A stretch of DNA of 64,000 bases from Halarcobacter sp. (GTDB lineage: Bacteria > Campylobacterota > Campylobacteria > Campylobacterales > Arcobacteraceae). Made by a program: the position numbers and the translations under genes. Shown in pieces: positions 18,981 through 29,466 of the stretch. Below the pieces are notes generated by a model, which had not been told where the DNA came from, made no database searches, and was given only the letters and a program-made list of their open reading frames with translations. The stretch is taken from positions 64,001-128,000 of the forward strand of contig CP182352.1 in assembly GCA_048571215.1 (NCBI GenBank), given 5' to 3'. Position 1 is the first letter of the stretch, and each line of letters begins with the position of its first letter.

Positions 18981-20142
18981 TATCTAACCTTTTAAAACCT
19001 TCATTTATCTCATCTTTTGATATTGTCAATGGTGGTAAAAATCTTAAAGTATTTCTTCCAGCTTTTAGTACTAAAACACCCTCGTTGAAACTATTTTTTA
19101 TAATAGTTGCTAAGGTATCAGCATCTTTCACTCTAAGCCCTTTCATAAGTCCAACTCCAACTTTTTGAACAAAAATATTAGTATATTTTTCAAGTATTTC
19201 AGTTAATTTAGTATCAAAGTTAATAATAGTTTCATCTAATTTTCCTGAATCTTTATACTCTTCTAAAATATCCAATACCTTATTTGCACTAGCACAACAT
19301 AAGTAGTTCCCACCAAAAGTTGAACCATGATCCCCTGGTTCAAATATATCTTTGTGAGTTGTAAGAATAGCCCCAATAGGAACACCACCACCTAAACCTT
19401 TTGCCATAGTTATTACATCAGGTTGTATCTCATAAAGATTACTTGCTAGGAACTCTCCTGTTCTATACGCTCCTGTTTGCACCTCATCAATGATAAGTAG
19501 AATATCTCTTTGTTTTAAAAATTTTGCTAACTCTTGAACTGCTTCTTTTTCAAAGTGTTGAACTCCACCTTCCCCTTGAACAAGCTCAATCATTACAGCT
19601 ACTGTTTCATCATCAATTGCATTGTAGATATCATCAATTGCACTATTAAATGAAAATCCCTCTGGATATGGAGCAAAGTTTGGACTATGAAAAGAGCTTT
19701 GACCTGTAGCTTTTACTGTTGTAATTGTTCTTCCATGAAAAGAGTGCTCTAAGGTTATAACTTTATATCTTTTTCCTTCATATTTTATTTTTCCATATTT
19801 TCTTGCAATTTTTATTGCACCTTCATTGGCTTCAGCCCCACTATTTGAAAAAAATGTTCTTACATCCATTTGTGAGTATTTTGCTATTTTTTCAGCAAGT
19901 TTTGCTTGGGGTTCTATAGCATATAGATTTGAAATATGCATAATAGAACTTGCTTGGTTGCAAATTACTTGTGCAACTTCTTGGTTCCCATGACCTACAG
20001 AAATCACTCCAATCCCTGATGTGAAGTCTATATAGTCATTGTCTTTATCATCAAAAAGCGTTGCATTTATACCTTTTTTAAAGTTGACATAATTTCTTGC
20101 ATAAGTATGAAGTACATACTTTTTGTCTAATTCTTCTAACAT
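18958..20142 (-). CDS. argD: Acetylornithine aminotransferase
   Basis: NSGAEANEGAIKIARK, SFHGRT, ELVQGEGG, DEVQTG, MAKGLGGG, HGSTFGGN. Confidence 0.93.
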   Translation of the reverse strand: MLEELDKKYVLHTYARNYVNFKKGINATLFDDKDNDYIDFTSGIGVISVGHGNQEVAQVICNQASSIMHISNLYAIEPQAKLAEKIAKYSQMDVRTFFSNSGAEANEGAIKIARKYGKIKYEGKRYKVITLEHSFHGRTITTVKATGQSSFHSPNFAPYPEGFSFNSAIDDIYNAIDDETVAVMIELVQGEGGVQHFEKEAVQELAKFLKQRDILLIIDEVQTGAYRTGEFLASNLYEIQPDVITMAKGLGGGVPIGAILTTHKDIFEPGDHGSTFGGNYLCCASANKVLDILEEYKDSGKLDETIINFDTKLTEILEKYTNIFVQKVGVGLMKGLRVKDADTLATIIKNSFNEGVLVLKAGRNTLRFLPPLTISKDEINEGFKRLDNALAKID

Positions 20143-20327
20143 ATATTATTCCTAAGTTTAAGTGTCAAATTATATCCAGTTTTTTTAAACAAAATATTAA
20201 CTAATTGATTTTAATAGTTATAAAAAACTAGATTTATTTTTAATAAGAAAATCAAAATGTTATTTTTAATAAATTTTAATAAACTTTTGATATAGTGATA
20301 ATAACTAGATGTTAGGATGGAAAAATT

Positions 20328-21119
20328 ATGACTCGAATTCTATTTATTTTTGTATGTGGGATAATTTTATCAAGTATTTATTTATATGCACAAGAGAGTA
20401 GATTAGATAAAATAGAGAAAAACAATGAAATAAAAGTTTGTATTTGGCCTCAATATTATGGGATATCATATATAGATTCTAGAACACAAAAGCTTGCTGG
20501 AATTGATAGTGATTTAGCTAAAGAATTGGCAAAAGATTTAGGTGTAAAGTTGAAGTTAGTTAAGAGTTCTTTCCCCACTTTGATAAATGATATTACTACT
20601 GATAAATGTGATATTGCCATGTTTGCCATAGGAGATACAAAAAAAAGAAGAGAGAAAATGAGGTTTACAACACCCCATTTAAAAAGTGATATTTATGCAA
20701 TTACAACAAAAACAAATAGAAAAATTAAATCATGGGATGATATAGATAAAAAAGGTGTGATAGTTGCCGTTGCAAAAGGTACTTATCATGAACCTGTAAT
20801 GAAAAAAAGATTAAAAAATGCTCAACTCTTAGTGGTTAAAGGTTTTAAGCAAAGGGAAGAAGAGGTTCAATCAGGACGCGCGGATGTATTTATGACAGAT
20901 TATCCTTATGGTAAAAAAATGTTAGCAAAAACTAATTGGGCAAAGTTGATAGTTCCTAAAAAAATATACCAGCTAACTTATTATGCTTGGACTATGGCTT
21001 ATGGTGATGAAAAATTTTATAATAGAGTTGAAAAATTTGTTAAAGATATAAAAAGTGATGGAAGATTATTAAACATAGCAAAAAACAATGATTTAGAAGC
21101 TATTGTTAATATTGATTAA
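20328..21119 (+). CDS. Family-3 periplasmic substrate-binding protein
   Basis: Signal peptide; GIDSDLAKELAKDLGV, GRADVFMTD. Confidence 0.85.
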   Translation: MTRILFIFVCGIILSSIYLYAQESRLDKIEKNNEIKVCIWPQYYGISYIDSRTQKLAGIDSDLAKELAKDLGVKLKLVKSSFPTLINDITTDKCDIAMFAIGDTKKRREKMRFTTPHLKSDIYAITTKTNRKIKSWDDIDKKGVIVAVAKGTYHEPVMKKRLKNAQLLVVKGFKQREEEVQSGRADVFMTDYPYGKKMLAKTNWAKLIVPKKIYQLTYYAWTMAYGDEKFYNRVEKFVKDIKSDGRLLNIAKNNDLEAIVNID

Positions 21120-21133
21120 TTAGGTTTAATAGT

Positions 21134-23569
21134 ATGAAAAAACTTATATTTGGAACAATAATTGCTTTTATAATAATCATCTCTAGTATTATGGCTGCTT
21201 TAAGTATTTTAGAAGATGAAGCAGTTAACAATTATTTAACCATTTCAAAACTAAATGCAAAATCATTTTCAAAAGAGTTAAATCAAGATTTACACAATAT
21301 AGAAAACACTATAAAACATATCTCATCTATTATAGATTTGTATAATAACGATAAAAATATTAATCAAGAACTAAAAGATATATTAAAAAGCTATCCACAA
21401 ATCCGTTCTATAAATGTATTAAAAGATAAAAAAATTGTTTATAGTTCAAATAAATACAATCTTGAAATTATTATAAATGAAAATGAGTTTTTCCCAAAAA
21501 CAATTTTTAATGAATATATACTAAAAGTTTCAATACCTTGGATTGGTAGAGATTTTGTAAGTGGGAGTAGTGCTTATACTCAAGAAGAGGATGCAGAGAA
21601 AGAACAACTTTCTTTTATCCCTATTTCTAAAATTATAGATTCCAAAAAGGGTAAGTTTAATGTTATTGTAAATCTAAATAGTGATTACTTTATCAATAGA
21701 TTTATAAATAATATGAACTCAGAAAATATAGTTTTTGAACTGATTCGATTGGATGGTGTCTTATTATTAACAACAGAAAATTTAAATACTGTTGGAACGA
21801 TGATAGCAAATCAGAACTTATTAGATAAAACTATTGAAAAAAGTGAATATTCTGGAATAGAGACAATTGATGGAACAAAATATATTTTTACTTATATTTT
21901 AACTGATGATTATCCTATAAATCTATCTGTAAAACTTGATTATGAAAAAAATCTATTAAGTTGGAACAAAAAACAGTATCATTTTTTTATTGTTACAACT
22001 ATTATAGTGGTCTTGAGTATTTTAGCCGCTTTAGTTTTTTTTATTTTATATAATAGAAAAACAGAAAAAGAGATATTGTTAAATAAACTTCAAATACAAG
22101 AACAAGAAAAATTTAAAATATTATTTCAAGATTCACATTTTATGGCAGCTGTTATTAATAGTGATGGAACTATAGTTGAGATTAATAATAAGGGTCTGGA
22201 GTTTTTAGGTAAAACAAATAAGGACTTAATAGATAAGCCATTATGGGATTTAGATTGTTGGAAAGAAAAATCAAAAAAAGATATTATAGATTTAGTAACT
22301 AGTTATTCAAATAAAAAAATAGAAATAGAATTAGATGCAGTAGATAAAAATAACAATAAAAGAGTACTTGAGTTTACTTTATCCTCAATAGATGTAGAAC
22401 AAAAAAGACTTTTAGTTTCAGTAGCTATAGATATTACAGAAAAAAAATTAAAAGAAGAGAAATTAAAACAGGCTTATACTGTATTTAGTAATACTAGGGA
22501 TGGTATTATGATTACTGATAAAAATACTAATATAATTGATGTAAATAAAGCCTTTGAAAATATAACAGGATATAAAAAAGTTGAGATTTTAAATAAGAAA
22601 GTAAATTTATTGAAGTCAAATGTTCATGATAAAAAATTTTATGATGAGATGTGGGAAAAATTAAATAATAATGCTTATTGGGAAGGTGAAATTGTAAATA
22701 TAAATAAAGATGGAAATGAGTTTATTGAATGGTTAACAATAAATAGTATTTATGATAAAAATGGTGAAGTGATAAATTATATTGGAGTATTTAGTGATAT
22801 TTCAGAACAAAAGTTTAGGGAAAAACTATTAAAAGATAAAGATTATGTACTTTATCAACAATCGAAAATGGCAGCAATGGGCGAAATGATAGGAAATATT
22901 GCCCATCAATGGAGACAACCTTTATCGGTAATTTCAACTGCTGCAACAGGAATTATAGTTCAAAAACAAATGGATATAATAGATGAGAAAGCTGAACTAA
23001 AGGCATTAACTGCAATAAATAATTCTTCTCAATACTTATCTCAAACAATAGAAAATTTTAGAAATTTTTTAAAGATTGACAAAGAATTGAAATTGTTTAA
23101 TTTAGGTGATGCTATTGGTGAAGCTATTAGTTTATCAAGTATAAAAATTAAAAGTGAAGAGATAAACTTATCCCTTAATTTAATAGAATTAAAAGTATAT
23201 GGGATAAAAAGTGAATTTATTCAAGTTATGATTAATCTATTAAACAATGCTAAAGATGCTTTCTATATAAACAAAGTAGAATCAAAATATATTTTTATAG
23301 ATATGTACGAGGAAAAGGAAAACATTTATATAAAGGTAAGAGATAATGCAGGAGGGATAGCTAAAGATATAATTGATAGGATTTTTGAACCATATTTTAC
23401 TACAAAGCATCAATCTCAAGGGACAGGAATAGGTTTGTATATGAGTTTAGAAATTATAAATAATCATTTAGATGGAACATTAAGTGTTGAAAATGAGAAA
23501 TTTACCTTAAATAATAAAGAGTATATAGGTGCTTGCTTTACTATTAAATTACCAGTTAAAACCTTTTAA
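21134..23569 (+). CDS. Membrane sensor histidine kinase with two PAS domains
   Basis: Two TM segments; PAS VNKAFENITGY; H-box IAHQWRQPL; NNAKDA; DNAGGI; GTGIGL. Confidence 0.93.
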   Translation: MKKLIFGTIIAFIIIISSIMAALSILEDEAVNNYLTISKLNAKSFSKELNQDLHNIENTIKHISSIIDLYNNDKNINQELKDILKSYPQIRSINVLKDKKIVYSSNKYNLEIIINENEFFPKTIFNEYILKVSIPWIGRDFVSGSSAYTQEEDAEKEQLSFIPISKIIDSKKGKFNVIVNLNSDYFINRFINNMNSENIVFELIRLDGVLLLTTENLNTVGTMIANQNLLDKTIEKSEYSGIETIDGTKYIFTYILTDDYPINLSVKLDYEKNLLSWNKKQYHFFIVTTIIVVLSILAALVFFILYNRKTEKEILLNKLQIQEQEKFKILFQDSHFMAAVINSDGTIVEINNKGLEFLGKTNKDLIDKPLWDLDCWKEKSKKDIIDLVTSYSNKKIEIELDAVDKNNNKRVLEFTLSSIDVEQKRLLVSVAIDITEKKLKEEKLKQAYTVFSNTRDGIMITDKNTNIIDVNKAFENITGYKKVEILNKKVNLLKSNVHDKKFYDEMWEKLNNNAYWEGEIVNINKDGNEFIEWLTINSIYDKNGEVINYIGVFSDISEQKFREKLLKDKDYVLYQQSKMAAMGEMIGNIAHQWRQPLSVISTAATGIIVQKQMDIIDEKAELKALTAINNSSQYLSQTIENFRNFLKIDKELKLFNLGDAIGEAISLSSIKIKSEEINLSLNLIELKVYGIKSEFIQVMINLLNNAKDAFYINKVESKYIFIDMYEEKENIYIKVRDNAGGIAKDIIDRIFEPYFTTKHQSQGTGIGLYMSLEIINNHLDGTLSVENEKFTLNNKEYIGACFTIKLPVKTF

Positions 23570-23673
23570 TACTCCTATCCTCTAGATCAAAAAAAATTTG
23601 TTAAAAGAGTATAAAAAATATTAATTATTAATTTCCTTTTAGCTAAAATACAAACTAAAATTAAAGGAAAAAA

Positions 23674-24555
23674 ATGCAGCATTTGATCAATACTGGTGAC
23701 TTTACAAAAGAAGAGATTCTAGAACTTTTTGATGACGCTAGAGTATTTTTAGATATGGAATCTAGGGAGATTTTAAAAGGTAAAATAATTGTTGTTTTGT
23801 TTTTTGAAAATTCAACAAGAACACGAAGTGCTTTTGAAACTGCCGCAAAAAGATTGGGTGCAGAGATAATCGCACTTGATTTAGCTACTTCTTCTATAAA
23901 TAAAGGTGAAACTACTTTTGATACAGTTATGAATATTAACGCAACAAAGCCTGATGCAATTATTATTAGACACTCTGAGAGTGGATTGCCTGCAAGCTTA
24001 GCTGATCATGTGGATTGTCCAATTATAAATGCTGGAGATGGAAACAATGCACATCCTACTCAAGCCTTACTTGATCTTTTTACAATAATGGAACACTTTA
24101 ACGGGGAAACTGAAGGGAAAAAAATAGCAATTGTTGGTGATGTAAAAAGCTCTAGAGTAGCTGGATCTAATAAAAGACTTCTTCCTCGATTTGGTATGGA
24201 AGTATGTTTTGTTGCTCCTGATTGTTTTAAGACTGATGATGAAGAGTATAAACAATATGATAATATATCTGAAATTATTGATGATGTTGATGTTATTATG
24301 AGTTTACGAACACAACTTGAAAGACACAATGAGATTTTTTTCCAATCTTTAAATGAGTATGCAAAAGATTATTGTATTACAAAAGATACTTTTGCAGATA
24401 GAGATATTTTACTTTTACACCCAGGTCCTGTTAATAGAAATGTTGATATAAGTGATGAGATGTTAGCTGATCCTAGAAATAAAATTTTACAGCAAGTTAC
24501 AAATGGTGTTGCTGTAAGAATGGCAATATTAAAAAAACTGCTTACACAAAAATAG
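23674..24555 (+). CDS. pyrB: Aspartate carbamoyltransferase catalytic subunit
   Basis: FFENSTRTR, INAGDG..AHPTQALLD, LRTQLER, HPGPVNR. Confidence 0.97.
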   Translation: MQHLINTGDFTKEEILELFDDARVFLDMESREILKGKIIVVLFFENSTRTRSAFETAAKRLGAEIIALDLATSSINKGETTFDTVMNINATKPDAIIIRHSESGLPASLADHVDCPIINAGDGNNAHPTQALLDLFTIMEHFNGETEGKKIAIVGDVKSSRVAGSNKRLLPRFGMEVCFVAPDCFKTDDEEYKQYDNISEIIDDVDVIMSLRTQLERHNEIFFQSLNEYAKDYCITKDTFADRDILLLHPGPVNRNVDISDEMLADPRNKILQQVTNGVAVRMAILKKLLTQK

Positions 24556-24556
24556 A

Positions 24557-25510
24557 TTGAACGAACAATTAAAAAATATATTAAATAAATATGGCTCTTT
24601 AAAGGAGCCATTTTTATTTGTAATCTCTTATGACTTAAAAGAGTTTTATGTAAAACCTTTAAAAGATTTACCCTCCGATATAAAATATGAGATAAAAGAT
24701 AAAAGCTTTTCAAAAATCATAAATAAAACCCAATTAAAAAAATATCCCATAAGTTTTCATGAGTATAAAAAGAGTTTTGATTTTATACAAGAGCAAATAA
24801 AAGCTGGAAATAGTTATCTTTTGAATTTAACCTTTCAAACAAAAATAGATATAAATCTAAGTTTAGATGAGATTTATGAAAAAGCAAATGCAAGATACAA
24901 ATTGAAGTTTTTTGATAACTTTGTTTGCTTTTCCCCTGAAAAGTTTATAGAGATAAAAAAAAATAAAATCTATACCTATCCTATGAAAGGAACAATTAAC
25001 GCAAACTTGCCAAATGCCCAAGCTAAAGTCTTAGCAGATACAAAAGAGATGGCTGAACATACTATGGTTGTGGATTTATTAAGAAATGATTTAGCAATAG
25101 TATCAAAAAAAGTTAGAGTTGATAAGTTTAGATATATAGATAAAATAAATGCAGGCAATAAAAAACTTCTACAAGTAAGCTCAAAAATATCTGGAGAATT
25201 AGAAAAAAATTGGCATGAAAAAATTGGAGATATAATAAGTTCGATTTTACCAGCTGGTTCAATAACGGGAACCCCAAAAAGAAAAACTCTTGAGATATTA
25301 AAAGAGATAGAAGACTATGACAGAGGGTATTATACAGGAGTGTTTGGAGTATTTGATGGGGAGTCTTTAAATAGTGCTGTTATGATAAGGTTTATTGAAA
25401 AAAATCAAAAAAATGAACTCTTTTATAAAAGTGGTGGGGGAATCACAAGTGATTCTAATGTATCTTTGGAGTATCAAGAACTTATAGATAAAATCTATCT
25501 TCCTTTTTAG
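24557..25510 (+). CDS. pabB: Aminodeoxychorismate synthase component I
   Basis: FSPEKF, PMKGT, EHTMVVDLLRNDL, PAGSITGTPK, GGGITSDS. Confidence 0.9.
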   Translation: MNEQLKNILNKYGSLKEPFLFVISYDLKEFYVKPLKDLPSDIKYEIKDKSFSKIINKTQLKKYPISFHEYKKSFDFIQEQIKAGNSYLLNLTFQTKIDINLSLDEIYEKANARYKLKFFDNFVCFSPEKFIEIKKNKIYTYPMKGTINANLPNAQAKVLADTKEMAEHTMVVDLLRNDLAIVSKKVRVDKFRYIDKINAGNKKLLQVSSKISGELEKNWHEKIGDIISSILPAGSITGTPKRKTLEILKEIEDYDRGYYTGVFGVFDGESLNSAVMIRFIEKNQKNELFYKSGGGITSDSNVSLEYQELIDKIYLPF

Positions 25511-25596
25511 TTACAAAACCATTACAAAAAATTATTTGTAACCAAATAGTATTTTTAAGTATATTAAAATCCTTCAAATTTGTTTGAAGGAAAAAG

Positions 25597-26628
25597 ATGA
25601 AAAATACAATTTTTATAATTGAATACGCAAAGGGAAGCGATAAGGGATTTGATGGGTTTAGACCAGATACAAAACCTATTTTAAATGCTATTGAAGAAAC
25701 CACAGATTATAAAACAGAAATAGTTTTTTATAAACCAAATAGAAAATACGATTTATTAGATTATTTAAGACAAAATGCCCATGCAGTTATCTCAAGAATC
25801 AACCCAGGAAATCTAAAAGAGGTTGATGAATATTTCCAATTTTTAAAAGCCTTAGGCAATGCCGGAGTTGAAATCCATACCCATCCCGATGTAATGATTA
25901 ACTTAGACTTTAAAGATATTTTAGCAAAATTAAAAGGGACAAAATTGGGAGATGATGAAACATATTTTTATCATACCTTTGTAGACTTTGCAAGAAAATT
26001 TCCAGCTGACTTGGATAAACATGGTATTAGAGTTTTAAAAACAAACTATGGTTCAACAGGTGAGGGTGTATATTTAGTATCAAAAAAGGAAGATGGTTCT
26101 ATATTTTCAGTTGAAGCTGTAAATAATGAAAAATTTTATTATGATAATATAAATGAGTTTTTAGAAAAATTTGAATCTAAATTTGAGGAAGAATCAGAAA
26201 ATGCAGCTTATTTTAAAGGAAAAACTGGATTTGTAGGGTGTAGATACCTAGAAAGAATCTCAGAGGGTGAAATAAGAGTTTTACTTGTAAATGATAAAGC
26301 TATTTCCGTTGTACACAAAAAACCTCAAGAGGGAGAATTTTCAGCAACTTTATTTTCTGGGGCTAAATATAAATACGATTCCCCAGAAGAACCAAAATGG
26401 AAAGATGTAGTTAAACTTACTATGAAAGGTTTAAAAGATTTAAAACCTTTTTTAAATAAACAAAACTATCCACTTTTATGGACTATGGATTATATTATGG
26501 ATTATAATGAAGATGGAAGTGACAGTTATGTTCTTTCGGAGATAAATTGTTCTTGCGTAGGTATTACAACTGAGTTACAATATGCAAAAGATGTGGCAAA
26601 GGTTTTTGAAAAGAAAAGTAAAAAGTAA
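25597..26628 (+). CDS. Cj0069-family ATP-grasp protein
   Basis: GSDKGFDGFRPDT, SRINPG, LKTNYGSTGEG, EGEIR, LWTMDYI, EINCSCVG. Confidence 0.85.
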   Translation: MKNTIFIIEYAKGSDKGFDGFRPDTKPILNAIEETTDYKTEIVFYKPNRKYDLLDYLRQNAHAVISRINPGNLKEVDEYFQFLKALGNAGVEIHTHPDVMINLDFKDILAKLKGTKLGDDETYFYHTFVDFARKFPADLDKHGIRVLKTNYGSTGEGVYLVSKKEDGSIFSVEAVNNEKFYYDNINEFLEKFESKFEEESENAAYFKGKTGFVGCRYLERISEGEIRVLLVNDKAISVVHKKPQEGEFSATLFSGAKYKYDSPEEPKWKDVVKLTMKGLKDLKPFLNKQNYPLLWTMDYIMDYNEDGSDSYVLSEINCSCVGITTELQYAKDVAKVFEKKSKK

Positions 26629-26630
26629 GT

Positions 26631-27407
26631 TTACTTTTCTTTAAAGGCCCAATACTTTAAAAAGTTAACAATATCATCTTTTACATAGATATTTTTTGTT
26701 ATATCATGTTTAGTTTGAGGTAGTAGCACCACCTTTGCATTTTTGTTTTTTTTCAAAGCCTTAGTACAGTTTCCCGTAACTTCATATTTTTCATTTGGTT
26801 TTGAATTATTACTAAAGTATTCATCATGGGTTCCAATAATATTTAAAAAAGGATCATGCTTTTTGCAACCAAGTTTAAAATCTTTTGAGTAGTAGCCATT
26901 TTCACATGAATAAGCAGTTACAATTCTACCTTTAAACTCTTTGCCTTTGTATGCAGCAGCAGCCAATGCACCTTCTGAGTTTCCCATTAAAAAAAGATTA
27001 TCAAAATCAACAAAGTCAAAACCTTGCAATTTTTTTAAGTTATAAACTATCTCTGCTTGTCTTAGTTTATGAACCACTTCATATTTTTTGATTGGGCTTG
27101 GAGTTGTATATGTAGGTCTATTATTTATTTTAAAAGAGTTTGGAGCAAAAAAGATACAATTTGCATCTTGCACTATCCATTTTCTATATAATAAACCTTT
27201 TTTAAAGCCAGCAGAACCATGCATATAAAAAAGTGTTGGCAATTTTGTTGATACTTTAAACTTGGGGTAGAGTTTTAAAAATTTGTATAATTGACCAAAA
27301 AAAGGTTTTTTAAGTCCTCCAAACCCTTTAGGTAAACCTATATAGGAGTATTTAAAAGTATCCTCAAAATTTTCATATTTATTAAGTGTTTTTTTTATTT
27401 TCCTCAA
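26631..27407 (-). CDS. Dienelactone hydrolase-like alpha/beta hydrolase
   Basis: MHGSAG, GNSEG nucleophile elbow, GTHDEY, C-terminal H. Confidence 0.8.
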   Translation of the reverse strand: MRKIKKTLNKYENFEDTFKYSYIGLPKGFGGLKKPFFGQLYKFLKLYPKFKVSTKLPTLFYMHGSAGFKKGLLYRKWIVQDANCIFFAPNSFKINNRPTYTTPSPIKKYEVVHKLRQAEIVYNLKKLQGFDFVDFDNLFLMGNSEGALAAAAYKGKEFKGRIVTAYSCENGYYSKDFKLGCKKHDPFLNIIGTHDEYFSNNSKPNEKYEVTGNCTKALKKNKNAKVVLLPQTKHDITKNIYVKDDIVNFLKYWAFKEK

Positions 27408-27468
27408 AACTATTAATTCCTAAATGGTTTTTGGATATTATAACAAAAATAAAAATCAGTACGGTAAC

Positions 27469-28032
27469 ATGGAATATTTTGAAACAATAAAATGCTTTGA
27501 CAATGAAATTTTTAATTTACAATATCATAATAAAAGAGTTGCAAATACTATAGGTTTGAATCTTAACTTACAAGAGTATATATATCCTCCTAGTGAAAAG
27601 CTTTATAGATGTAAATTAATCTACAATGAGTATGAGGTCTTAGATGTGCAATACTTTGAATATAAAAAAAGGGAAATAAAAAGTTTTAAACTTATATTTG
27701 ATGATAATATTGAGTATTCAAAAAAATATCTAAATAGAGAAGATATAGATAAGGCTTTTGGAAAAAAACAGAATGCTGATGAGATTATAATAGTAAAAAA
27801 CGGTTTACTAACAGATACAAGTATTGCAAATATTGCCATATATGATGGAACAAATTGGCTTACTCCTACTATACCATTACTTTTTGGAACCACAAGAGAA
27901 AGATTTATTGAAGAAAAAAAAATGATTGAAAAACCTATTACCGTTCAGATGTTAAAGAGTGCAAAAAAAATTGCTCTTTTAAATGCAATGATAGATTTTG
28001 ATATTTTAGATGAGTATACAATTGAAGTATAA
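27469..28032 (+). CDS. pabC: Class IV aminotransferase-like protein, probable 4-amino-4-deoxychorismate lyase
   Basis: FETIK, YSKKYLNR, LTDTSIANI, LLFGTTR; close to pabB. Confidence 0.8.
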   Translation: MEYFETIKCFDNEIFNLQYHNKRVANTIGLNLNLQEYIYPPSEKLYRCKLIYNEYEVLDVQYFEYKKREIKSFKLIFDDNIEYSKKYLNREDIDKAFGKKQNADEIIIVKNGLLTDTSIANIAIYDGTNWLTPTIPLLFGTTRERFIEEKKMIEKPITVQMLKSAKKIALLNAMIDFDILDEYTIEV

Positions 28033-28711
28033 TAGAGAATTAAAAACAGCTTTTAAAATCTCTATACCTGTTATGATGGGTTATGGTGTTCTGGGCTTTG
28101 CCTTTGGCTTACTTTTAGTCTCTTTTGATTATCCTTGGTACCTAGCCCCTATTATGTCACTATTTATTTATGCTGGGGCATTACAGTTTGTGGCAATTAA
28201 CTTTTTTAATCTAAAAGCTGGACTTATAGATATAGCTATTGCATCTTGGTTTTTAAACTTACGACAATCTTTTTATGGTTTGTCTTTACTTAAAAGATTT
28301 AAAAAAACAGGAAAATTAAAACCCTATTTGATTTTTGGTCTAACCGATGAAACCTATGCCTTACTAACAACTATAGAAGATGATGAACAACTAAAGAAAA
28401 AGTGGTATTACTTTTTTTTATGTGCATTAAATCAAAGTTATTGGTTTGTTGGTTCAACCTTGGGTTCAATAGTTGGGTCAAGTATTGATTTTAATACAGC
28501 AGGTTTAGAATTTTCCTTAACAGCACTTTTTGTAGTACTTTGTATCGAACAATATAAAAGTTTAAAAAATAAAATTCCTTTTTTGATTGGAGCCTTTTGT
28601 TCAATAGTTGCAATTATCTTTGTACCTGCTGATAAGATGCTTATCTCAGCTATATTTTTATCTATAGTTTTATTGTTTATTTTTAGAAACAAGGTTGATA
28701 CAAATGGATAA
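28010..28711 (+). CDS. azlC: AzlC-family branched-chain amino acid exporter
   Basis: MSLFIYAGALQF, LNLRQSFYGLSL, LTDETYA. Confidence 0.9.
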   Translation: MSIQLKYNRELKTAFKISIPVMMGYGVLGFAFGLLLVSFDYPWYLAPIMSLFIYAGALQFVAINFFNLKAGLIDIAIASWFLNLRQSFYGLSLLKRFKKTGKLKPYLIFGLTDETYALLTTIEDDEQLKKKWYYFFLCALNQSYWFVGSTLGSIVGSSIDFNTAGLEFSLTALFVVLCIEQYKSLKNKIPFLIGAFCSIVAIIFVPADKMLISAIFLSIVLLFIFRNKVDTNG

Positions 28712-29024
28712 TTTTGATATATTTTTAGCAATCTTGGTTATGAGTTTAGTAAACTATTTTACAAGAGCTTTCCCCTTTTTGTTTTTTACAAAAAAAGAGT
28801 TGCCAAGTTCTTTAGTATTTATTGAGAAATTTTTTCCCGCAACTATAATGATGATTTTAATTTTTTATTCAATAAAAGAGGTTCAGTTTTTAACTTATCC
28901 CTATGGGACAAAAGAGCTTTTAGCTATATTAGTTACTATAGTTTTACACCTAAGTTTAAAAAACTATCTAATCTCAATCTTTTTTGGAACAATATCTTAT
29001 ATGGTACTAGTACAATATCTTTAA
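28704..29024 (+). CDS. azlD: AzlD-family protein
   Basis: TRAFPFLFF, SIFFGT; overlaps azlC. Confidence 0.88.
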   Translation: MDNFDIFLAILVMSLVNYFTRAFPFLFFTKKELPSSLVFIEKFFPATIMMILIFYSIKEVQFLTYPYGTKELLAILVTIVLHLSLKNYLISIFFGTISYMVLVQYL

Positions 29025-29094
29025 TTTATAAATAATAATACTTTTTAAATACCATTTTCTGATAAAATTTTTAAAAGTAGATAGGAGATATAAG

Positions 29095-29193
29095 ATGAGT
29101 TCAACATTTTTTGTATTTATTTTTATAAAAGTTTTAATAGATATTATTTTTACTGGTTCCCTTGTTTATTTTTCATATAGACAAAGTGCCTAG
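29095..29193 (+). CDS. Small hydrophobic ORF (32 aa) or 5' fragment of a decayed membrane-protein gene
   Basis: AGGAGA RBS, upstream TGATAAAAT; MSSTFFVFIFIKVLIDIIFTGSLVYFSYRQSA*. Confidence 0.45.
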   Translation: MSSTFFVFIFIKVLIDIIFTGSLVYFSYRQSA

Positions 29194-29466
29194 TGCTTAT
29201 TATAAACTTTTTTTAATAAGTCTTGCTACTTATTATCTTTTTTTTAGTTTATTTTAGCTTTTTTATTAATCTTTTTATTTTTTAATTCATTATATTTTTT
29301 TAATCATATTCTCACTGTATTTGGGCTATATAGATTTTTTATCTTTTATATAACATTATTTATTTAAAGTAATATACCTAGAGTGAAGATAAAAGCAAGG
29401 GTAAATAAGTGAAAATAATTGTTTCATAAGTTATAATACTTTAGATAATTTAATTTAGGATAAAAG

